57,392 nucleotides of DNA, from positions 1 to 57,392 of the IMG/VR virus record IMGVR_UViG_3300048587_000172, one strand, 5' to 3'. Both the position numbers and the translations under genes were made by a program. The first letter of the stretch is position 1. Every line of letters begins with the position of its first letter. Below, in pieces: positions 7,784 through 17,434 of the stretch. Origin of the DNA: a virus (taxonomy: Duplodnaviria; Caudoviricetes). Below the pieces are notes generated by a model. It did not search any database. It was not told where the DNA came from and saw only the letters and a list, made by a program, of their open reading frames with translations.

Positions 7784-8595
7784 AGTACAAACCAGAATAT
7801 AATCTTCACAAAAATAACGTTGCTTGCAAGTTGTTTGTAAGTGATGCAAACGAATTTCTAATTAATCTACGGGAACAGTATTTACATATTGCAATTGAAC
7901 GGCCTAAATTAATCTTTTTCGATCCACCGTTTAATATGAGTAGAAATTACGATAGCTGTTCTGACAATGTTTCACGTGTAGAATATCTATCATCATTAAA
8001 ATCATGGATTGAAAATTCTGCGCTATTATTATGTACTACTGGAAGTCTTTGGATTAACCTACCCGATCAATGGGCGGCGCATGCAGTAGTGTTTGCAGAA
8101 CAATTTGGGATGAAGTTAGAAAATTGGTGTATCTGGCATTATCGTTTTGGAGTTAATCAGCCAAAACGATTTATCAAATCAAAAAATCATGCCTTATGGT
8201 TTTCTTTTGGTAGTCCAGAAATTAATCCAGAAGCTGCAAAAGTTCCTTCCGATCGCGCGACGATTTATAACGATGGTAGAATTTTTGAATCTGAATCAGG
8301 CGGAATGCGCATGGATTTAGACGTTTGGGGATTCGACCAATATTGGGGAAGGGTGCAAGGTAATAATAAAGAACGTCGTCACTTACACGACAATCAGCTT
8401 CCTGAATTGTATTTAAAGCGTATTGTAGAGGTTTGTAGCAATCCCGGTGATTTAGTGGTCGATCCATTCTGTGGAAGCGGTACAACGGCTACAGTGGCCG
8501 TTGAATTGGGTAGGAACGTCTATACAAACGACATTTCATCGGCGTATATTGATTCGGCGTACAATCGTGTGATGAAGGGAATGGTTAGGAAATAA
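7780..8595 (+). CDS. N6-adenine/N4-cytosine DNA methyltransferase (beta class)
   Basis: DPPF catalytic motif before DPFCGSGTT SAM-binding motif; H.NQLPE. Confidence 0.92.
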   Translation: MKYKPEYNLHKNNVACKLFVSDANEFLINLREQYLHIAIERPKLIFFDPPFNMSRNYDSCSDNVSRVEYLSSLKSWIENSALLLCTTGSLWINLPDQWAAHAVVFAEQFGMKLENWCIWHYRFGVNQPKRFIKSKNHALWFSFGSPEINPEAAKVPSDRATIYNDGRIFESESGGMRMDLDVWGFDQYWGRVQGNNKERRHLHDNQLPELYLKRIVEVCSNPGDLVVDPFCGSGTTATVAVELGRNVYTNDISSAYIDSAYNRVMKGMVRK

Positions 8596-8716
8596 ATCTA
8601 CATACTTGTAAACCTTTTATCAGTGTCGATCAATTTAATAGTGATTGTCAGATAACTGAAAATATTATACCTAAATTTCCAATTAAAGATTAGTGACGAG
8701 TTTGGTATATTGGCAT

Positions 8717-8766
8717 TTGAGTTATAACTAATCACATAACAAATGTAAGGATTAGTTATAACTCAA
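8717..8766. repeat. 17-bp perfect inverted repeat
   Basis: TTGAGTTATAACTAATC / GATTAGTTATAACTCAA. Confidence 0.8.
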
Positions 8767-8847
8767 CTAATCATAATTATTTTCTAGAAAAATTATTTTC
8801 CTATGGAATGAAGGTAGATAAACGATTGGAAAATCATTAAAACTTTT

Positions 8848-9762
8848 ATGGATTTGACCATGAATATCGAAGAATTACAAAACTATAATAATTTCATAGC
8901 TAGTCAACTGGAACAACATAAAGTTTATATAGGGAGAAAAGTAAGGTTCTATTTTCAAGATAGATTGGTTGAAGGTATAATTCAAGCTTGTCATTTTAAT
9001 TTTGATTCAGGATACACTTACAGTGTTACATCTGAAAGTATTCCATCTGGATCGACTTCAATCAATACCGCTTTTGTACAATTTATTGTAGAGGGGAGAG
9101 AAATTAGTAAGAAAAATGAAAAGTTAGAATTAAATATCGGAAAAGTAGTGACTTTTATAATAGAAGCTGGACCTAGATATCATACCAAATATTTTAGATT
9201 GTTTGGTACAATTAAAAGTATTGAACATTTGGAAACCTATGGTTCATTTTATAGGATTGAAGTATTGCATGATACAGGGGAAAAACATAACAAATTGATT
9301 CTTTGTAATCGTGTAAATTTTTGCCCTGATTTAATCAATCCTGTAGTTAGTTCTAAATATCTCGATTTTATAAAAAAGATGGGAAATTTTGAACCTAACA
9401 ATAAAAAATTGATAGAAATGTATGATCGTTTAGAAGCAACACAAAATAATAATACTATATCTTCAAAACATAACATTACAAATGAAGATGCAATAACTAA
9501 AGGTTTAATTAATAAGTACAAGCTTGAACATACCGATGGAAGCCCTGTAAATCTTAAAGCTCAATATTTCGTATTGAGAATTGATAACGAAGGTAGAGAT
9601 AAAGAATTTGCAGCGGCATCACGCGCTGGATTAATCAGATTTGCAGAAATGATAAATGCAACTAACAAACAATTAGCAAAAGATTTGTTTGATTTAGTTG
9701 CACATTATCATAATGAAAATTTAGAAGGTAGAGAACCTGTACACGATGAAATACCATGCTAA
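8848..9762 (+). CDS. hypothetical multidomain protein
   Basis: 304 aa; two similar beta-rich segments (IGRKVRF..GII / IGKVVTF..GTI) and a C-terminal YFVLRID segment. Confidence 0.7.
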   Translation: MDLTMNIEELQNYNNFIASQLEQHKVYIGRKVRFYFQDRLVEGIIQACHFNFDSGYTYSVTSESIPSGSTSINTAFVQFIVEGREISKKNEKLELNIGKVVTFIIEAGPRYHTKYFRLFGTIKSIEHLETYGSFYRIEVLHDTGEKHNKLILCNRVNFCPDLINPVVSSKYLDFIKKMGNFEPNNKKLIEMYDRLEATQNNNTISSKHNITNEDAITKGLINKYKLEHTDGSPVNLKAQYFVLRIDNEGRDKEFAAASRAGLIRFAEMINATNKQLAKDLFDLVAHYHNENLEGREPVHDEIPC

Positions 9763-9971
9763 TTATAAACTTTATTTTTTGTGTAAGTATAATGGTATTG
9801 TGGCTTATCTTTACAATCTTTTATGTTTGGATAACCTTATATTTAATTTTTCTTCATAAGAATACAGATATGAAACTATCTAATGAAAGTATCAATAGTA
9901 TATTAGCTTACGGTGTTGGGTTTATAATTGGATGGCTTATAGCAATTACAATTTGCTGTATTTGGTTTTAA
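9756..9971 (+). CDS. small membrane protein (2 TM)
   Basis: Highly hydrophobic 71 aa. Confidence 0.6.
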   Translation: MLIINFIFCVSIMVLWLIFTIFYVWITLYLIFLHKNTDMKLSNESINSILAYGVGFIIGWLIAITICCIWF

Positions 9972-9972
9972 T

Positions 9973-10074
9973 ATGTTTGAAATACTAATACTCACTATCC
10001 CTTTCTTTGTAGGATTTATACTAGGTATGTCTTGCATGGTAGGGTATTTAATCTTTTTTGATAAGGATGTTTGA
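9973..10074 (+). CDS. 33-aa membrane peptide (not in ORF track)
   Basis: MFEILILTIPFFVGFILGMSCMVGYLIFFDKDV fills the gap exactly. Confidence 0.5.
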   Translation: MFEILILTIPFFVGFILGMSCMVGYLIFFDKDV

Positions 10075-10076
10075 TT

Positions 10077-10427
10077 ATGGCACACGTAATGCCGAACAAT
10101 GAACATAAAGAACAGGTTAATCATCCAAGCCATTACGGCGGTGCTGATAACCCTTATGAAGTTATCAAAGTAATTGAGGCATGGGAAAAGTATTTTAAAC
10201 TTAGCTTCAACTTGTTGACTGCAATTAAGTATATCCCACGCGCGGGCCGTAAAGACCCTGCAAAACGGATAGAGGATTTGAAGAAAGCAATATGGTACAT
10301 CAATAGGGAAATCACTAATTTAAGCTGTTTAGAGTATGAACAGCTTAAATTAAATGAAAAGAAAGAAGTAAATAAACAATTTAAAGAATTTGTTGAAGAT
10401 AGAATATCGAAAAATTCAGAAGAATGA
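10077..10427 (+). CDS. DUF3310-like protein (T7 gp1.7/SaV-like, putative nucleotide kinase)
   Basis: VNHPSHY..YEVIKVIE..IKYI.RAG.K..EDLKKA.WY signature. Confidence 0.85.
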   Translation: MAHVMPNNEHKEQVNHPSHYGGADNPYEVIKVIEAWEKYFKLSFNLLTAIKYIPRAGRKDPAKRIEDLKKAIWYINREITNLSCLEYEQLKLNEKKEVNKQFKEFVEDRISKNSEE

Positions 10428-11353
10428 AACTTTTTATAATACAACTTATTCATCTATACTTAAAGAATCATGATATGAATCTCCCAATTAAGAAAATCTC
10501 TGCGCAAATCATTGCCGACAGTATCAATCCAGTAGGCAATCGTATTACATCGTTTATTCTTTGCTATCCTCGATTTATTCATAGCGAATTGATGACACAC
10601 CGCGCTTTTAGTCGCAATGCTGCATCGTCGCGTGCAATACCGATTAAAAAGATGGTCAAAGAAGTGTGGTCTAATCCTGCAATGCCGATTCGGTGGGGAA
10701 AGAATGGAAAAGGAATGCAGGATCATGGATTGTTAACCGGCATCCGATTATGGTTAATTAAACGTATATGGTTGCTTGCTAGTAAAGTAGCCTGCATCTT
10801 TGCTTTGTTGATGTATTGGATCGGTGTACACAAACAAATCGCAAATCGAGTTTTGGAGCCTTTCGCATGGATGGTTACATTAGTGACCGCAACTGAATAT
10901 AAAAATTTCTTTGCTTTACGTTGTCATATAAAAGCGCAGCCAGAATTTCAACACTTAGCCTATTTAATGTTGAAAGAATACTTAAGGGAAGAAAAACTAA
11001 AAGCAATAAATTGGAATGATTGGCATTTACCTTTTGCAGAATTTATGCCGATTGAATGTACGCTAGATCAAAAGCTGCAAATATCATCCGCTAGGTGTGC
11101 GCGGTTATCGTATATGTCGTTCGACGGTAAATTAGATATTGGTAAAGACTACGATATCTATAAAAAGCTAGTAGGTGAAGTGCCCGGCCACTGGTCGCCG
11201 ATTGAACATCCAGCGCAAGCAGTTGACGCGAATTTTGGACCATATAAAGGATGGATAAGTTTTCGTGCAATGCAAGCGAATGAGAATATCACTAATATAA
11301 ATCTGTTTGAACTTGTTACCGAATATGAAAAGACTACAGGAATAGTGAAATGA
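10424..11353 (+). CDS. thyX: FAD-dependent thymidylate synthase
   Basis: HSELMTHRAFSRNAASSRAIP, HKQIANRVLEPF, LR...AQPE, SARCARLSY, HWSPIEH. Confidence 0.92.
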   Translation: MKLFIIQLIHLYLKNHDMNLPIKKISAQIIADSINPVGNRITSFILCYPRFIHSELMTHRAFSRNAASSRAIPIKKMVKEVWSNPAMPIRWGKNGKGMQDHGLLTGIRLWLIKRIWLLASKVACIFALLMYWIGVHKQIANRVLEPFAWMVTLVTATEYKNFFALRCHIKAQPEFQHLAYLMLKEYLREEKLKAINWNDWHLPFAEFMPIECTLDQKLQISSARCARLSYMSFDGKLDIGKDYDIYKKLVGEVPGHWSPIEHPAQAVDANFGPYKGWISFRAMQANENITNINLFELVTEYEKTTGIVK

Positions 11354-11673
11354 GATATACAAACAAACCAAAATTAAATACTCCGATGCAGGAATTAGCT
11401 ACTGCTACGGGATTGATTATAGCTGATAAAGTCAATAATCAGCTAAAGGAAGAAGTTGAACGATTGAAAGATAAACTAGAATGTGAAAGAATCTATAGTC
11501 GTCAAATATCAAACGATTATTATAACTACAGAAAGAAATTTTCAGAAGAAAAATCAGAAACAGAAAATACAACTAAACCGAAAGATAGATCGGAAATTTT
11601 AATGTATACTATAATATTTCAGGCTATCTTAATCGTTGTACTTATATATTTGTGTATAATTGGAGTATTGTAA
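11350..11673 (+). CDS. coiled-coil protein with C-terminal TM
   Basis: 107 aa, hydrophobic C-terminus. Confidence 0.7.
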   Translation: MRYTNKPKLNTPMQELATATGLIIADKVNNQLKEEVERLKDKLECERIYSRQISNDYYNYRKKFSEEKSETENTTKPKDRSEILMYTIIFQAILIVVLIYLCIIGVL

Positions 11674-11945
11674 TGGGTTTGAACGGAACAGAAACACTTA
11701 ATGAATGTACTGTCGAAGAAATCCTAGACTACCTTTGCAATGAAAAACGTACATTGGCTATGGTATATTTTGTGGTCATAGCTGATGATAACGGTGGAAA
11801 TGAAAATATGACCGGCGGTCATGGTAATAGGATAACTCGATTAGGTATGACTAGAATTTTGAATCTTCTGTATGAAAAGAAAAATATGGATATAATCAAA
11901 CCTAGTGAAGGTGATAATCTACCGGACTTGGACGATGATACTTAA
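11673..11945 (+). CDS. hypothetical protein
   Basis: ATG overlaps the upstream TAA; GGAG RBS. Confidence 0.65.
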   Translation: MGLNGTETLNECTVEEILDYLCNEKRTLAMVYFVVIADDNGGNENMTGGHGNRITRLGMTRILNLLYEKKNMDIIKPSEGDNLPDLDDDT

Positions 11946-12030
11946 AACTATTTTGATAATCGGTATGATACTTTGGTACATATTTTGGATTTACAAATTC
12001 TCAACAATCAACAAAAATAAGGCTAAGTAA
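11935..12030 (+). CDS. 31-aa membrane peptide (not in ORF track)
   Basis: MILKTILIIGMILWYIFWIYKFSTINKNKAK; its TAA overlaps the next ATG. Confidence 0.45.
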   Translation: MILKTILIIGMILWYIFWIYKFSTINKNKAK

Positions 12031-12278
12031 TGGAACCCTGTTCTTTTGATGAATCCAATGGAGTGTTAGGTAAACCAGATAATATGACCGATGAGGAATG
12101 TTCGCCTTTATCAGTGTATCGTGATGGTACTTACGTAGTATCCTGTTGGAAGCTACGTAAAGATGAACTAGAACAGATTAACAAAACCGGTCGCGTGTGG
12201 TTGCTTATCAATGGTGTTACAATGCCACCAGCGAGATTACAAATATTCTCACCATTTATCCCTGAAATTGATAGTTAG
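12030..12278 (+). CDS. phage hypothetical protein
   Basis: 82 aa; C..L.V.R..SCW.L..EL..I..TGRVWL..MPP pattern. Confidence 0.75.
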   Translation: MEPCSFDESNGVLGKPDNMTDEECSPLSVYRDGTYVVSCWKLRKDELEQINKTGRVWLLINGVTMPPARLQIFSPFIPEIDS

Positions 12279-12286
12279 GATATGTT

Positions 12287-12879
12287 ATGAGCCTCAAAGA
12301 ATATCAACAGACAATAGATGATATACGATCTTCAATTTCAATCAAAGAAGAATATAGAGAGAGGAGTTAGTAAAGGTTCTAGAAGATAAAAGGAAATTAG
12401 GTTACTATCCAAATCGTCGAAAGCCGGATACACTGCAAATAGATATTGATAACGTTGAATCGTTAAAGTATTTCCATGAATCTTTACATAGAATGCACTC
12501 AGTGTATTGGTTGAAACAGTATAAGATTGTAGAAATTTCTTATACTGAAAGCTTACATTTCAACCGGCACATTTATATAATGCTAATGGAAAATGTAGGA
12601 GACTTGGAAGCTATCGCCTTGCAGTGTGCTCTAGGTAGCGACATTCGGCGCGAAATGATGACGATGGATAATATCAGAGATGGGCAAAATCCACCGCAAT
12701 TTATGTTTGAAAAGTTATCAGAGAAAGAAAAAGTAGTATATCCGTTGCCAGATAGAAATTACAAAGCTGGTAAATTCATAGTACGAATCGAGGATTTTCA
12801 TTATGATGGTGGAACAAAGAAAACCAAACCGGTGGAAGATATCAATCTTGATGTTGATGATGCTGCTATTGATAAGTAA
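12287..12879 (+). pseudogene. hypothetical gene split at an (AG)n run
   Basis: ATG 12287 ORF stops at 12368-12370; the frame of ORF 12493..12879 is open from 12358; deleting one AG joins them (YREELVKV). Confidence 0.55.
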
Positions 12880-13015
12880 TTTCGGCTGTACAGTTAAAAC
12901 TGAATACTGGCGTTATACTGAATCAGGATGGCAAAGTGAGATAGTAGAAGAAACAAGCGCATCTTATTCTGGACGTAAATACTATCATGGCCATCAAACT
13001 CATTTCTGTCGTTAA
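12803..13015 (+). CDS. small putative lipoprotein
   Basis: Hydrophobic stretch ending ISNFGC; start uncertain. Confidence 0.5.
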   Translation: MMVEQRKPNRWKISILMLMMLLLISNFGCTVKTEYWRYTESGWQSEIVEETSASYSGRKYYHGHQTHFCR

Positions 13016-13027
13016 AGGTATTTCGTC

Positions 13028-13381
13028 ATGGATGAAGAATTTCCTACAATTACTAGTAGTAATTTTCGTAAATATATTATTGCTAGTGATTTTATTGAAA
13101 CGTTGGAAAGTCAGGAAGGGTGGATAGCTCTAGATAATGGGGAATGGATTTATCTAGTTTATGTTTGGAGCGATTCTCACAATAGAATTGAGGATATACT
13201 AGATGATAAAAAAGGCGGGATACACTATAATTGGCGCGGTACGTTACGTAATCTAAGACGGATGATAAACGGTAAGTTCGATCCTGATAAGTGTGATTGT
13301 AAAATAGAACCGAAAAATCAAGGGTATAAACAATTGGTCGGTTTGTATAGAGAACTTTTACTTTGGAGTAGAAACAAATGA
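13028..13381 (+). CDS. hypothetical protein
   Basis: 117-aa ORF, AAAGG RBS, ATGA overlap with RNR. Confidence 0.7.
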   Translation: MDEEFPTITSSNFRKYIIASDFIETLESQEGWIALDNGEWIYLVYVWSDSHNRIEDILDDKKGGIHYNWRGTLRNLRRMINGKFDPDKCDCKIEPKNQGYKQLVGLYRELLLWSRNK

Positions 13382-16128
13382 GTGGAATTGTAGTAATCAA
13401 GCGTGATGGATCAATTCAGGATTTTAATAAGAAGAAGATTGCCGATGCAATTCAGAAAGCATTTGAAGCTGTCGGGCAAAAAATTGAGTATGCTCAATTG
13501 GATGTGTTTGCAATTACTGTAGGCGCATCACTTGAACAATCTTATGAGGATAAAGTCAATCCTGAAAACACTACGCAAATTCCTATTGAAGCAATTCAGG
13601 ATGAAGTTGAACAAGTATTAATGGAATCAGAATTTCCGGATGTAGCAAAAGCATATATTTTGTATCGGAATGAACGTCATAAGGAACGTAGTAAAGAATC
13701 TTTACGTCCTGATTCAAGTATGATTAGCGAATATATTCACTTGGCGAAGTACGCGCGGTGGATACCAGAAGAGAATCGTCGTGAAACTTTCGAGGAATCG
13801 GTAGACCGAACTATCAATATGTTTTCGGAGAAACTTACCGAACGTATTACCGATCCATTTACGTTAGAGAAAAACTTAAATATCTTGAAAGAAGCAAAAC
13901 AATTCATCCTGCAAAAGAGAATCCTTCCTTCGATGCGGTGTTTACAGTTTGCAGGTAATCGTATCAAACAACACAATGCAGCTTTGTACAATTGCAGCTT
14001 CTCACTTGCAGACCGTCCGCGTTTTTTTGCAGAAGCTTTATACCTTTTGCTTTGTGGTTGCGGTGTAGGATATTCGGTGCAATCACACCATATCGAAAAG
14101 CTACCGGTTATTAAAGGGTTTGATACGACGCGCGTAACACACCATATCATCGAAGATACTATCATTGGCTGGGCGAATGCTGTCGATAGATTAATTGATG
14201 CCGCTATCAACGGATATTATCCGGAGTTTTCGTTTCATATGTTGCGTCCGGAAGGAAGTTGGTTGCATGTAAGCGGTGGAAAGTCTCCCGGACATTTACC
14301 ATTGAAACGTTTATTGCAAAAATTAGAAACGATACTAAATCATGCAACTGGTCGGCAGTTAAAATCTATTGAAGTGCATGATATGACTTGCCACATTGCA
14401 GAAGCAGTTTTAGCTGGTGGTATTCGTCGTAGCAGTTTGATTGCGCTGTTCTCAATCGACGATGACGATATGACGAATTGCAAAATACCTGAAAACTTCC
14501 GTTATGCTTTCGGTAATGATCCGGGATTGAATCCACAACGTGCGATGGCGAATAACAGCGGAGTCTTGCAACGTAGTAAATGCAGTAAAAATGATTTCGT
14601 TAAGTTGTTTGAATCTGCGCGTCATTATGGCGATCCGGGATTCATCTTTTCAAATGGTGAAGATTACGGATGCAATCCATGTGGTGAAATTGGATTGAAT
14701 CCTAAGATACATCGTTTTGAAAACGAAGATGAGACAATGTACTACGGCGCGTTAGATACAGAGTTTATTACTAGGAATGGATGGAAGCGGGTTAAAGACT
14801 GGTCTAATCATATTACGGAAATGACTGGCTGGTCATTCTGTAATTTATGCGAAGTGAATATTGCGAAGTGCGACGATATCACTAAATTCTTTCGTGCTTG
14901 TGAACTTGCAAGTTTTATCGGCACAATTCAGGCAAGTTTTACCAGCTTTGAATATTTAGGTGAAGTAACGGAAGCTATTTGCAAACGTGAAGCGCTTATT
15001 GGTGTTGGATTAACCGGTATTATGGATAATCCAGAAATTGGAATGAATGCGCAGAACTTAGAAATTGGCGCTCGTTTCGTTGTGGAGTTTAATAAAGCAA
15101 CAGCGAAAGATTTAGGAATCAATCCTGCAGCGCGTTGTACGACGGTAAAACCTTCCGGAACAGCTTCATTATTATTAGGGTGTGTTGGTAGTGGTCGGCA
15201 TCGACACCATGCGCGTAGATATATTCGACGTATTACTGCTAACAAACTTGAAGCAATCGCGCAAGAATTTCGTCGTGTGAATCCGCATATGGTGCAAGAA
15301 AAACCAAATGGCGATTTATCGTTGATGTTCCCGGTATTAGCGCCAATGGGTGCATACGTTGAAAAAGAAGCTACAGCCTTGCAGTCGTTAAATGAAACAA
15401 TCTTTTTATACGAGAATTGGATTCTTCCCGGAACTGCTATCCCTGAATCGTCGCCGGGATTAACTCATAATGTTTCATCTACTGTGAGTGTAAGCGAAAA
15501 TGAATGGGATGGTTTGATTAGCGCGATTTGGGATTCAAAAAATAATCTTGCGTCTTTATCTGTTATGCCGAGAATGGGCGACAAAGGAATCCCATTCATC
15601 CCACGCGAAGAAATTATTGATGGCGATCCTGTTGATGAAGCTATTTGGGAGAAGTTAATTACAAACTACAAACCAGTAGATTATAAACGTGTAAAAGAGT
15701 TTGAAGATTTAACAAATCGAAAAGGCGAAGTTGCTTGTTCTGGTGGAGTTTGTGAAATTGTTGATGCAAATAAAATTAACACTGCTGATGGCACGATTCT
15801 AATTTTTGATGGTGCGGAAGATGGAATCGGTCGCGGTGTGAAATTCCCGTATGACCGTTTCAAAACATTGGAACTTCATAACCGATTTATTTATTATCAT
15901 GGCCAGACAATGCAGGTTTTAAGTGCGGACAGTAATCTACGTTGTATGGTTGTAAAACCGTTACGTGGTAGCAAAAAATCTGACGCGCAACAAAATTTTC
16001 GGTCAATATATTCGATATTAAATAATATTTCCGATCTTTTTGATGATTTGACGGAAAAGAATGTTGATGTACCAATTCGTGAACCATACCCAATTGATTC
16101 AAACCCTAAACTGGACCGATTGACGTAA
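13378..16128 (+). CDS. nrdJ: class II (B12-dependent) ribonucleotide reductase with N-terminal ATP cone
   Basis: VIKRDG ATP cone; LPSMR, YNCSF, GCGVG, GGIRRS, NPCGEI, FCNL.E, TTVKPSGT, ACSGGVCE; no small-subunit gene in window. Confidence 0.9.
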   Translation: MSGIVVIKRDGSIQDFNKKKIADAIQKAFEAVGQKIEYAQLDVFAITVGASLEQSYEDKVNPENTTQIPIEAIQDEVEQVLMESEFPDVAKAYILYRNERHKERSKESLRPDSSMISEYIHLAKYARWIPEENRRETFEESVDRTINMFSEKLTERITDPFTLEKNLNILKEAKQFILQKRILPSMRCLQFAGNRIKQHNAALYNCSFSLADRPRFFAEALYLLLCGCGVGYSVQSHHIEKLPVIKGFDTTRVTHHIIEDTIIGWANAVDRLIDAAINGYYPEFSFHMLRPEGSWLHVSGGKSPGHLPLKRLLQKLETILNHATGRQLKSIEVHDMTCHIAEAVLAGGIRRSSLIALFSIDDDDMTNCKIPENFRYAFGNDPGLNPQRAMANNSGVLQRSKCSKNDFVKLFESARHYGDPGFIFSNGEDYGCNPCGEIGLNPKIHRFENEDETMYYGALDTEFITRNGWKRVKDWSNHITEMTGWSFCNLCEVNIAKCDDITKFFRACELASFIGTIQASFTSFEYLGEVTEAICKREALIGVGLTGIMDNPEIGMNAQNLEIGARFVVEFNKATAKDLGINPAARCTTVKPSGTASLLLGCVGSGRHRHHARRYIRRITANKLEAIAQEFRRVNPHMVQEKPNGDLSLMFPVLAPMGAYVEKEATALQSLNETIFLYENWILPGTAIPESSPGLTHNVSSTVSVSENEWDGLISAIWDSKNNLASLSVMPRMGDKGIPFIPREEIIDGDPVDEAIWEKLITNYKPVDYKRVKEFEDLTNRKGEVACSGGVCEIVDANKINTADGTILIFDGAEDGIGRGVKFPYDRFKTLELHNRFIYYHGQTMQVLSADSNLRCMVVKPLRGSKKSDAQQNFRSIYSILNNISDLFDDLTEKNVDVPIREPYPIDSNPKLDRLT

Positions 16129-16140
16129 TAGGCGGTTAGA

Positions 16141-16214
16141 GGCACCACCACGACGTTTTAGGGCTTAGACGTACCATTACATACCCTAAGCCGGAAAAAC
16201 GTCGTGGTGGTGCC
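16141..16214. repeat. long GC-rich inverted repeat
   Basis: GGCACCACCACGACGTTTT / AAAACGTCGTGGTGGTGCC (19 bp) with inner GGCTTAG/CTAAGCC. Confidence 0.85.
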
Positions 16215-16247
16215 AAACTTTGGACGGTTGAGCGGAAGGAGAGGTTG

Positions 16248-16775
16248 ATGAGACAGGCAATGACGGTAGGGGAAGCGGTGAACCTATTGGAAGGGGATAA
16301 AGGTAAGGATTTAGCGTTTTTTAATGCGCAGTATCGTAAATTAGTTAAAGCATTACATCCCGATGTAAATAAAAATCAAAGTGTTGATGATTACAACAAA
16401 TTCATTCAATTGCCGATTGCAATTGAAATCATTCGTCAAGAATTTAACCTGTATGGTGAGATAAAAAATCAAACAAAATTTTCAGTTGATACACCTTTTC
16501 AACCTTCGAAATCTGATGTTGATTTAATCAAAGAAACACTACGTAAATCTGGATTCAAACCTAATCTTAAACCTAAAATACCGACTAAACCGCCAGAACA
16601 TTTCAATTGTAAAAAGAATAGAAATAGTAATATCTTCCGTGATATTGCTTCATCTTTTGGAATCTCAACAGAACAATTCAATAAATCGCAAGAATCATTG
16701 GATAGATTCAATGAAGTTCTAAAAAGTAAAGCAGACGAGAAGGCAGACGAACATTTTAAAGGATTCAAAAAATGA
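16248..16775 (+). CDS. J-domain (DnaJ-like) protein
   Basis: AV.LL...YRKLVKALHPDVNK...FIQL..A with HPD motif. Confidence 0.8.
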   Translation: MRQAMTVGEAVNLLEGDKGKDLAFFNAQYRKLVKALHPDVNKNQSVDDYNKFIQLPIAIEIIRQEFNLYGEIKNQTKFSVDTPFQPSKSDVDLIKETLRKSGFKPNLKPKIPTKPPEHFNCKKNRNSNIFRDIASSFGISTEQFNKSQESLDRFNEVLKSKADEKADEHFKGFKK

Positions 16776-17164
16776 AACCAGAAACTAAATTTCAGAAGCA
16801 AATCAAAGAATCGTTAGAAGATATAGGAGCGTTAATTTTCAATGTACATGGTGGTGGTGTCTTTCAATCTCCCGGATGGCCAGACTTGCAGGTTTATCAT
16901 AAACAGTTGAATTGTCATATCGAATTGAAAATGAAAGGCGGTAAACTGTCGCCACTGCAAACGAAACGTATTGGTGATTTGGTTTACAGAAATGTTAACG
17001 TATTTCTAATTGAAAAAAATACTGAATTGAATCAGTTATGTATTATCTGTTTCAACACAAATTCTGAAAGATATTTTCGTTGTGCCGGTTCATCGAAGGA
17101 TCATGATTATAATAAACAATTGATGCAAGCATTAATTGAAATGGTGAAAGGTGTCGGCCACTAA
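16772..17164 (+). CDS. VRR-NUC / PD-(D/E)XK nuclease (resolvase-like)
   Basis: E..FQ..I, GWPDL, IELK, GKLSPLQ. Confidence 0.85.
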   Translation: MKPETKFQKQIKESLEDIGALIFNVHGGGVFQSPGWPDLQVYHKQLNCHIELKMKGGKLSPLQTKRIGDLVYRNVNVFLIEKNTELNQLCIICFNTNSERYFRCAGSSKDHDYNKQLMQALIEMVKGVGH

Positions 17165-17168
17165 CTGC

Positions 17169-17434
17169 AAGAATACTTGTTAGTAGTTGTTAACTTTGGT
17201 GTTCATTTCTTCTTTGGATTTTGGAACAAACCTATATGTGAGGCGGTGTTTAGGCTGTTGACCGCTATAGGTTTGGAAGTCTGCAAATTTCTGTAAAACG
17301 CTTGTAAATATAGGAGTTGTATATATTTACGTATATACTTACGTACACTACTACTACTACTACTACTCTACGTACCCTGTTTTAGAAAGAGAAGAAGATA
17401 TAACGAAAGTAGCGGTTGACCGACAGGTATTTTT
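17169..17434 (+). ncRNA. rod-like non-coding element, copy 1 (homolog at 48056-48310)
   Basis: 5' and 3' arms pair through G-U-rich helices; 30-nt block 17373-17402 identical to 48247-48276; internal (CTA)n tract. Confidence 0.6.

Noticed and set aside
10740-10830. Transmembrane segment in ThyX
   Set aside because: It corresponds to the usual helix before G.HKQ..NR in this ThyX type and contains K/R residues
13378-16128. Intein or intron in RNR, terminase or helicases
   Set aside because: No intein splice or homing-endonuclease motifs, and no large insertion between catalytic motifs apart from a short one after NPCGEI
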